IMG/VR virus record: IMGVR_UViG_3300037487_000968
Coordinates: 1 to 64,000 of that record
Length of the DNA: 64,000 nt
Reading direction: 5' to 3' (one strand)
Source: a virus
Taxonomy: Duplodnaviria; Heunggongvirae; Uroviricota; Caudoviricetes
A program made the translations under genes and the position numbers. The notes under the pieces were generated by a model, which was not told where the DNA came from, did no database searches, and saw only the letters and a list, made by a program, of their open reading frames with translations. Positions 56,625 through 64,000 of this stretch are shown here, piece after piece. Each line of letters opens with the position of its first letter. Within the stretch, counting starts at the first letter, position 1.

Positions 56625-58150
56625 TGCGTGAATATATTATTACAGTTAATGATCCAGCAATATGGGATACCGGCCTATGGAAAGAACTAACAGTTGATGG
56701 TCTAGGCGATAACTTTATCCCTGCACGAGCAATTGAAGTTTTAAATGAGAGACCTTTTAATGACTTTTCTGCTCATTTTAATTTAACAGACGAAGAGGCA
56801 ATTGCAATTAGGCAAGATTCGCGTATTGCATTTGTCGAATTACAGGCTGATTTACAAGAAGGTGTTATCAAAGAACACTTTGGAACAAGAACAACATATA
56901 CATACGATAAAAGCAATTCAACTACAAATACAATGAAAAATTGGGGATTACTTAGGGCAAATGGTCTAACCAATCCTTTTGTTTCCTCAACAGCGATAAG
57001 TACTGGTCTTACTTATAATCTAGACGGAACAGGGGTTGATATTATTGTTGTTGACTCAGGTGTGGAAGCAGGCCATCCAGAGTTTGCTGTCAACACTGAC
57101 GGTACTGGTGGATCTAGAGTAGTAGACTTTGACTGGGCAAGCCTTGGTGTTCCAGGCACACCCTCGGGCCCAAGCATTGGTGGCTACTTAGGTGACGGAA
57201 ATGGCCACGGATGCAATTGCGCTAGTATTTCTGCCGGTAATACATGCGGCTGGGCTAGTGGTGCTGCAATTTATAGCTTAAGAATCTTTGCCGGCAACAG
57301 TATTATGAATGGTGCATATCTAGGGGCAATCAGTTCCGATATTTGTTTTGATATAGTTCGTGCGTTTCACCTAGCTAAAGTAGCCGCAGGCAATACTCGC
57401 CCGACTATTTGTACAAATAGCTGGGGATATCGTTCTACTTATAGTTATATGGTTTCAACTGTATGGCGAGGAAGCACATATGTCGGGACATCGACTAATA
57501 CAGCATATGGCCAGGTTAATTATGTCCACCCTTATGTTGTGAATTATTTAGATATTAGTGCCACGAATTGTGTTAATGCCGGCGTTATCTTAGTCGGTGC
57601 CGCTGGGAATTATTATCACAAAATCGATGTTCCCACCGGTGTTGATTACAACAATTATTATAATAACTCAGTGTACGGACTGACCTATTATCATCGCGGA
57701 AGTAGTCCAACTCGGGCCGATGGATTTATTAATATTGGCGCTGTTGATAATACCACAACCGAGCAGAAAGCAACCTTTAGCGAAACAGGCCCACGTGTTG
57801 ACATATATAGTCCCGGCGTAATGATTATGGGTGCATATGCAAATAAAGCATATAATACTGCTGCTGTGCAAGATTCGAGAAACCCTATATATTATCTTAA
57901 TAAAATCTCTGGAACAAGTCAGGCCACACCGCAGGTTACCGGGCTGTTGGCATGCGTGCTACAGGCACGCCCTGGTATGACACCTGCACAGGCTAAGCAG
58001 TTCTTAATAGAAAATAGTACACAAGGGATGTTAGATGAAAATGCGGCGGGAGGTACAGTATATACGAATACTCGTTATCTGCAAGGTGGTGTAAATCGCT
58101 ATCTTTACCAGCCGTTTAATAATTCAATTCGGGGATCAATTGTTAGTTAA
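56624..58150 (+). CDS. Subtilisin-like serine protease (S8)
   Basis: Catalytic motifs IIVVDSG, GHGCNCAS, AAGN, SGTSQATP. The probable start is ATG 56624, overlapping the previous stop (TAATG). Confidence 0.9.
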
Positions 58151-58169
58151 ATGATATCTTACATAAAAT

Positions 58170-58177
58170 GATAAATA
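58170..58177 (+). promoter_or_regulatory. Late promoter box GATAAATA
   Basis: Followed by GAGGA and the ATG at 58202. Confidence 0.7.
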
Positions 58178-58201
58178 ACAAAACAGAGGAATTTTAAGTA
58201 T

Positions 58202-58780
58202 ATGTCATATACAATTCACAAATCAGATGGACAATTAGTAACAGTTGCCGATAATTCGCTTGACACGACATACTATGTTGATTCAGTACCGCCCGGTACT
58301 GGAGCAGGAACTATACTTGTCGGCAGAAACACAATCGATTACGGTGCATCTATTGCACAGAACTTCTTGCAGATGACTGAGAATTTCGCAAGTATAACAG
58401 GCACATTTCCAAGCGATACTAAGGCTTTACAAGGTCAGCTATGGTTTGATAAAACTATAAGAAGTTTGTATGTAAGAGTAACAGCTACAACATCCGGTGG
58501 TTTGGCTAATTGGGAAAAGATTGTTACGGTAGATAACAGTGGAAATGCACAAGTCGATGGTGACCTTACAGTAACAGGCGATACACACTTAGAGGGCGGA
58601 TTAACAGTTGATGGTGCAATTACTGCAGAAGGTGGATTACACGTACCGGTTACCTTTACTGCGTTTCCTCTTGTACCACCACAGGTAGCACAAAACGGAG
58701 ATCTGCTTGTTGTAGGTTCTGTAGTTTCTATATATGCTGGTGGTGCCTGGAAACAAATATTCCCACCAATTTACTCTTAA
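58202..58780 (+). CDS. Structural protein, paralog of the N-terminal domain of 55521..56624
   Basis: [32 protein letters not shown] and GLANW are shared with the 55521 ORF. Confidence 0.75.
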   Translation: MSYTIHKSDGQLVTVADNSLDTTYYVDSVPPGTGAGTILVGRNTIDYGASIAQNFLQMTENFASITGTFPSDTKALQGQLWFDKTIRSLYVRVTATTSGGLANWEKIVTVDNSGNAQVDGDLTVTGDTHLEGGLTVDGAITAEGGLHVPVTFTAFPLVPPQVAQNGDLLVVGSVVSIYAGGAWKQIFPPIYS

Positions 58781-58795
58781 TAGGCAGGCCAAAGA

Positions 58796-60073
58796 ATGAC
58801 TTATCACAAGTATGGTTTAATACAGGCTGCAACATATAATGCATATGCAGCTCTTATAAATAGTATATATGCAGATACAAATGCAGGTTCTGTCACTGAA
58901 ACGTCGGCAGATTATGGATACGGACAAGCAACTACCATACCTACAGTAGCAGTTGGTAACAATATTACCGCTGCTCAATGGACCGCACTCTTTGGCAAAA
59001 TCACACTTTGTGGTACACACCAGGGTGTTAGTGTTTCCCCAATACCGTCTTCGGTATCTACAGGTAATTTAATTACTGCATATAATGAATATCTAACAAC
59101 AACTACATTAACAGATGTGGTCAGTAGACTAATTGCAAATAGAATGATTGTTGCTGTCGGCGATCTTGCTAGTGCATCTCAACCAACGCAAACTTCTGCA
59201 TTAACTTGGACAACCGGCCTTCAATACACGTTTAGCATGGATTTCAGTACATGGGATAATGCAAGACACTATTTTAATACCGGGGGTTCCGTAGTAATAG
59301 GTGGCGCACATCCTACTGGCGATCCCGATAATGCTTATTGGTCGGCTATCTTTACCGCTATGGGATCTCTTAAGTTTACCTGGCACGATACAATCCCAGC
59401 AAATGGTTCGGGGCCTGGATCGAATAAAGGATTTTACGATTTAACAACAACCTATGCTCGAATCTATCAAAGATCAAACACAACAGGTTATCCTAGTTAT
59501 ACAAATAACTATATAGCAATATATGCAAAATTAAATGCTGCGGCTGGTACTAATGGTAGAATTGATTTCCTAATTCAACTAATCGATAATGACCCAACTC
59601 CCAATACAAAGACTGTTGGCACACAATACTTTATTAGTAATTTAACCTCAACCGGTATCCTTAGCACTATAAGTTATACCGGCACAACATCATTTATTGC
59701 AGGATCATTCTCGACAATAGCTAGTATTGCATACCCAGGCGTACCTTTAGCATTAAGTATGACACCGACTACAATAGCAGCAGTTGTAACGGGTGGTGGC
59801 GCCGGAACTGCCACAACATCATCAGTAGCTGTAACAGCATCGGGTGGTACAGCACCTTATACATACGCATGGACAAATGAAGCTGGAACTGTATCTTTCT
59901 CTGCTCCTACATCAGCGACTACTACATTCAGTAGGGTAATGACTAGTGGTGAGATTGCATCAGGTACAGCAAGATGTACAGTAACAGACTCTGCTTTACC
60001 AACACACAATACCACTTATATGCCAATTAACTGGTCAATGAATAGTAATGCGCTAAACGATACGAGTGCGTAA
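58796..60073 (+). CDS. Putative tail/virion structural protein with Ig-like C-terminus
   Basis: GYGQ, ITAAQW and ARHYFNTGG motifs; C-terminal ASGGTAPYTYAW Ig-like repeat. Confidence 0.7.
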   Translation: MTYHKYGLIQAATYNAYAALINSIYADTNAGSVTETSADYGYGQATTIPTVAVGNNITAAQWTALFGKITLCGTHQGVSVSPIPSSVSTGNLITAYNEYLTTTTLTDVVSRLIANRMIVAVGDLASASQPTQTSALTWTTGLQYTFSMDFSTWDNARHYFNTGGSVVIGGAHPTGDPDNAYWSAIFTAMGSLKFTWHDTIPANGSGPGSNKGFYDLTTTYARIYQRSNTTGYPSYTNNYIAIYAKLNAAAGTNGRIDFLIQLIDNDPTPNTKTVGTQYFISNLTSTGILSTISYTGTTSFIAGSFSTIASIAYPGVPLALSMTPTTIAAVVTGGGAGTATTSSVAVTASGGTAPYTYAWTNEAGTVSFSAPTSATTTFSRVMTSGEIASGTARCTVTDSALPTHNTTYMPINWSMNSNALNDTSA

Positions 60074-60093
60074 ACAGCCTAAGTTCTAAACTA

Positions 60094-60139
60094 AAAACCT
60101 CTGTTAAAACTATAGATAAATAGTGTTAACGGAGGTTTT
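60094..60139 (+). promoter_or_regulatory. RBS-sequestering hairpin with the late promoter box at its apex
   Basis: AAAACCTCTGTTAAAACTA (60094-60112) pairs with TAGTGTTAACGGAGGTTTT (60121-60139): 19 positions, one G-U, one mismatch. GATAAATA lies at 60115-60122 and the GGAGG RBS is in the 3' arm. Confidence 0.8.
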
Positions 60140-60141
60140 CC

Positions 60142-60501
60142 ATGGAAGAAAGATTACAAAAAGCACTCGAGTTTGCTAACTATAGACAAACTCTCAACAA
60201 TCAACTACATAAGATAAAAATTCGAGCAGAAGGATTACTTATATTTGCTAAGAACGGTGGCAATTTTAATGTCAATCAGGAATTAATTTGCTTCTTAGAT
60301 TATCTTGTTCGCACTGGCATAACTGAAACAAGTATCCTCGATAGTGATAATATCCCTGTACAAATTGCCGATGTGGCTGAATTTCTTAAAGAAATCACAA
60401 GACGCTATTTTGAAGTGACAGATGACTATCTGAAAGAATATCAAGATATACGAAAATTAAGAAATGTTAAATCTATTGTTGACCTAAAGGATGACGAATG
60501 A
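60142..60501 (+). CDS. Hypothetical protein (first gene of the glycosyltransferase cluster)
   Basis: 119 aa starting MEERLQKALEFANYRQTL; GGAGG RBS. Confidence 0.75.
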   Translation: MEERLQKALEFANYRQTLNNQLHKIKIRAEGLLIFAKNGGNFNVNQELICFLDYLVRTGITETSILDSDNIPVQIADVAEFLKEITRRYFEVTDDYLKEYQDIRKLRNVKSIVDLKDDE

Positions 60502-61403
60502 CACGCGGTGTATTAATGTTCGCACATAATAATACTGAGATTGATTATCTCAAAATTGCCTGTGCGAATGCGTTAATGGTGAAGAAAAATCTAAATGTAC
60601 CTGTTACTTTAGTAACAGATATAGACACATTAAAATGGGGAAGAACATCTCTCGGTAAAGAATTACTGGATAGTTGTTTTGAAAAAGTCCGTGTAGTTCC
60701 TAGAGATTATAAATTTAATAATAGTAGAAACTTCTCAGACACTGCATTTAACACCAAACCTCTACAATTCTACAATTGCAATCATTGGACCGCATATAGA
60801 TTTTCACCATACGATGAAACACTATTCATAGATTGTGATTATTTAATAATGAGTTCTGCGCTTAGTAATTGTTGGGGAAGTAATTATGATGTAATGATTA
60901 ATAGTAATATCTATACACCACTTAATGAAACTAATCCATTCTCTAAGAAAGTAGACGAATTAGGTATTACACTATATTGGGCAACTGTGATTTATTTTAA
61001 GAAATCGTCTTTAGCAGAGCATATGTTTTCTTTAGTTAAACACATTCAGAGCAATTACGGGTATTACAGAGATCTATACGGATTCTCTAGTGGAATGTTT
61101 AGAAATGACAATGCATTCAGCATAGCAGTCCATACATTAAATGGATTCAATACAGAAGAGCCGAGTATTCAACAATTACCTATACCGGGATTATTAATGT
61201 CCTGGGATACAGATGATATTCAAGATGTCAATGGGATAAACGATATCACTCTTTATTCAGAAAAGACAGGTAAAACAGGTGAATATATTCTAACTAGATT
61301 AAAGGGTATGGATGTTCATATTATGAATAAATGGGCAATTAATCGCCATGCTGATAAATTAATTAATCTCTATAAGGATGATACATGTCACGCGGATATT
61401 TAA
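60498..61403 (+). CDS. Glycosyltransferase-like protein (GT-A/GT8-like)
   Basis: SPYDETLFIDCDY (DxD motif), WATVIYFKK, FRNDNAFSIA. Confidence 0.7.
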   Translation: MTRGVLMFAHNNTEIDYLKIACANALMVKKNLNVPVTLVTDIDTLKWGRTSLGKELLDSCFEKVRVVPRDYKFNNSRNFSDTAFNTKPLQFYNCNHWTAYRFSPYDETLFIDCDYLIMSSALSNCWGSNYDVMINSNIYTPLNETNPFSKKVDELGITLYWATVIYFKKSSLAEHMFSLVKHIQSNYGYYRDLYGFSSGMFRNDNAFSIAVHTLNGFNTEEPSIQQLPIPGLLMSWDTDDIQDVNGINDITLYSEKTGKTGEYILTRLKGMDVHIMNKWAINRHADKLINLYKDDTCHADI

Positions 61404-62236
61404 TTTTAGCACAAGATACAAAGAAACATGATTATACAAAACTTGCGTATGCGCTGGCGTTAAGTATAAAAAATTCTCAAGGTATGGTAAACAAGGTAGC
61501 ATTGGCCACAACATCAGACAATATACCCGATAAGTATCATGAAGTTTTTGATGCTGTGATAGATGTACCTTGGACAGATCAAGCAGAATATTCTAAATGG
61601 AAAATCGAGAATAAATGGAAGTATTATTATATGACTCCGTTTGACGAAACCATTATATTAGATGCTGATATGTTATTCCCAACAGATATTAGCCATTGGT
61701 GGGATATCTTATCGCAGAAAGATATATGGATCACGGATAAACCCAGGACCTATAGAGGAGAAATAATAACCTCAACAGAATATAGACCGACCTTTGTTGC
61801 AAACAATTTGCCCAATGTTTATACAGCATTTATGTATTTTAAGAAGAGCCAAATTGCAGCAGAATTATTTAAAATGGTAGAAATAATTTTCGAAAATTGG
61901 GAAAGATTCTTCTACAACTATTTAGACGAAACTCGACCTAAGCACCTATCGGGTGATGTTGCCTATGCTTTAGCAATCAAATTATTAGGCATCGAAAACG
62001 AGTGTTTTGGTAATTCTTCGTTTGTACCATCGTTTGTACATATGAAATCGTTATTACAAGATGTAGATGAAAAATATATAACCGAAGATTGGACAGAACA
62101 CTTCCCTACACACTTTGCAGACAATGGGACTTTTAAGATTGGTAACTACGAACAAACATTGCCCTTTCATTATCAAATTAAATCTTGGTTAAAAGATGAT
62201 ATGATTACAACTCTAGAAAAAAGGCTCGATATATGA
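61385..62236 (+). CDS. Glycosyltransferase-like protein (GT-A/GT8-like), paralog of the upstream gene
   Basis: TPFDETIILDADM (DxD motif), LPNVYTAFMYFKK, DVAYALA, FVHMK. Confidence 0.7.
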   Translation: MSRGYLILAQDTKKHDYTKLAYALALSIKNSQGMVNKVALATTSDNIPDKYHEVFDAVIDVPWTDQAEYSKWKIENKWKYYYMTPFDETIILDADMLFPTDISHWWDILSQKDIWITDKPRTYRGEIITSTEYRPTFVANNLPNVYTAFMYFKKSQIAAELFKMVEIIFENWERFFYNYLDETRPKHLSGDVAYALAIKLLGIENECFGNSSFVPSFVHMKSLLQDVDEKYITEDWTEHFPTHFADNGTFKIGNYEQTLPFHYQIKSWLKDDMITTLEKRLDI

Positions 62237-62841
62237 AACCTTTAATATTAATGTATGTCTTCTATGATAAGAATGGAGATATTAAAGCAATCACACCTGT
62301 ATTAAATGATACCTATGCGGCTGACTTTTCTGTGGCAACTTTTCCACTGTCCGAAGTAGAAATGTTTTTAACCGCACAGAAAAACACGTTCGATTATCAG
62401 GTAAAGGTAGTTGAAAAAATAACAGGTATAACCTATTCCCTTGTTAAGAAGCAATTAAATATTAATTATACAAGAACATTAAATACATATCTTACCAAAG
62501 TCGATGAAGTATTACCTAATGGTAATTCCGTTATTATTACTAACGATACAGTTAGGGGCGGTGTATTTATTGAAGTGAACAAGGCATTAAAAGAAGTGCA
62601 TAAGCAGATAGCATCTTCCGAAGAGCAAGAAGATGTTGTTAATAATTTCTTCAATAGTGGTCCATCAATTGTGTACCTTACTAAAGAAAATAATCCTTAT
62701 CATTTATTATTTTCGTTTTCATTCTTGCCGAAAACATTATTCAGTGTAGATAAATTGTATTTTCCTTATAAAGGGTCATATACTAATACAAGTGCCTATA
62801 CGAAAAAAATAATAGTCGGGTACGGATTTAAAGAAAAATAA
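62233..62841 (+). CDS. Hypothetical protein
   Basis: 202 aa ORF translationally coupled (ATGA) within the cluster. Confidence 0.7.
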   Translation: MKPLILMYVFYDKNGDIKAITPVLNDTYAADFSVATFPLSEVEMFLTAQKNTFDYQVKVVEKITGITYSLVKKQLNINYTRTLNTYLTKVDEVLPNGNSVIITNDTVRGGVFIEVNKALKEVHKQIASSEEQEDVVNNFFNSGPSIVYLTKENNPYHLLFSFSFLPKTLFSVDKLYFPYKGSYTNTSAYTKKIIVGYGFKEK

Positions 62842-62857
62842 CATAGGAATAAACCAA

Positions 62858-63862
62858 ATGGCATTTACACCAATGAGCGAATTATCAGTTATTTTTATCA
62901 GTTATGATGAAGATAATTGCGAAGAAAATTGGGCTGATTTACAGAACAAGGTGCCCTGGGCGCAACGTGTCCACGGTGTAAAAGGATCTGATGCAGCACA
63001 TAAGGCTGCTGCAAATTTATCAGATACAAGTAGATTCATTTCAGTTGATGCCGATAATATTGTTGATCCTAATTTTTTCGATATGGAATTAGATTATGAT
63101 CATCCTAAATTATCAGGTAAGGCAGTCAGCTGGGCAGCAAAAAATTATGTAAATGGTTTAGAATATGGCAACGGTGGCCTAAAATGCTGGCCTAAACAAT
63201 ATGTTTTAGATATGCGTACTCACGAAAATTCCGATAGTACTGATGAAAGAAATCAGGTAGATTTCTGTTGGGAAGATAGTTATGTACAGATGGCAAATCA
63301 GTACAGCACTACCTACCCAAATGGTAGTCCACGGCAGGCCTTCCGCGCAGGATTCAGAGAAGGTGTTAAGATGAGTTTAGATCAAGGTGGTAAAGTGCAT
63401 CCAGATAATTTCAAGAAAACCATCTGGTGGGGAAATTATAAACGTCTTATCACATGGTGCAGTATTGGTGCCGATGTAGAAAACGGCTTATGGTCTATGT
63501 ACGGTACTCGTTTAGGTTGTCAAATGACTAATCTAACAGATTGGAATTATGTAAATGTTAGAGACTTTGATTATCTAAACAATCTATTTACAAACGAAAT
63601 AATGCCTAAATTCGAAACAAAGGCAGATGTAACTACCGCGGAAAAATGCTATAAGACTGGCTATGTCTGGGATACACATAAATTACAGAATTCAATTAAC
63701 GAGTTAGGTGTTGATTTAAGAAAATGTCTTGGATTAGAACTTGCTGAATTAGACAAAATCGGTAGCAAATTCTATAAGGCAGCTCAATATAACACTCCTC
63801 GAATGAATAAAATGTTCACAGAAGAAGAGTTATACGAACTTCGAAGAATTAATAGCAAATGA
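62858..63862 (+). CDS. Glycosyltransferase-like protein (GT-A fold)
   Basis: VIFISYDE, RVHGVKGSDAAHKAAA, FISVDAD (DxD motif), YGNGGLKCW, AFRAGFREGVKM. Confidence 0.65.
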   Translation: MAFTPMSELSVIFISYDEDNCEENWADLQNKVPWAQRVHGVKGSDAAHKAAANLSDTSRFISVDADNIVDPNFFDMELDYDHPKLSGKAVSWAAKNYVNGLEYGNGGLKCWPKQYVLDMRTHENSDSTDERNQVDFCWEDSYVQMANQYSTTYPNGSPRQAFRAGFREGVKMSLDQGGKVHPDNFKKTIWWGNYKRLITWCSIGADVENGLWSMYGTRLGCQMTNLTDWNYVNVRDFDYLNNLFTNEIMPKFETKADVTTAEKCYKTGYVWDTHKLQNSINELGVDLRKCLGLELAELDKIGSKFYKAAQYNTPRMNKMFTEEELYELRRINSK

Positions 63863-64000
63863 TAGATTCTTCGTTTATTATTAAATACACAAATGCATTA
63901 TATTCTACTCCTGCAGAGTTTGCACCCAGATATGACGAATTTCGTGATATGTTTAGTTCGGGTCAGGTTCTTAGTAAAGAATGGATTGTAGAACAACTCT
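63859..64000 (+). CDS. Partial CDS running off the window (possible methyltransferase-like protein)
   Basis: ATGA overlap with the previous stop; MIDSSFIIKYTNALY…DMFSSGQVLSKEWIVEQL is open to the edge. Confidence 0.55.
   Translation, partial: MIDSSFIIKYTNALYSTPAEFAPRYDEFRDMFSSGQVLSKEWIVEQL

Overview
AT-rich segment of a large T4-like (myovirus) phage genome, read in the standard genetic code, covering most of the virion morphogenesis region. It carries neck/tail-completion genes, collagen-like (Gly-Ala-Thr) fibers, the head module (gp20 portal, core proteins, gp21 protease, gp22 scaffold, gp23 capsid), a tape measure protein and a gp26/gp51-like chaperone pair. A GH108 lysozyme/methyltransferase/GT4 operon, a Holliday junction resolvase and a gp55-HEG-gp47-gp46 block follow. 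The right half holds a long baseplate operon (gp48/54-, gp53-, gp27-, gp5-, gp25-, gp6- and gp7-like), a subtilisin and a glycosyltransferase cluster. Signals beyond the ORF track: (1) a ~650 nt ORF-free, hairpin-dense region at 23625-24274 whose G-U polarity suggests a minus-strand structured RNA; (2) an A_AAT_TTT -1 frameshift site joining the gp26-like gene to the next ORF, resembling G/GT tail chaperones; (3) a recurrent GATAAATA late-promoter box, sometimes in the loop of an RBS-sequestering hairpin; (4) a probable AUA start codon for the gp15-like gene; (5) late-promoter-driven glycosyltransferases alongside Thr-rich collagen fibers, suggesting virion glycosylation. All product calls come from motif recognition and gene order by eye; no searches were run.
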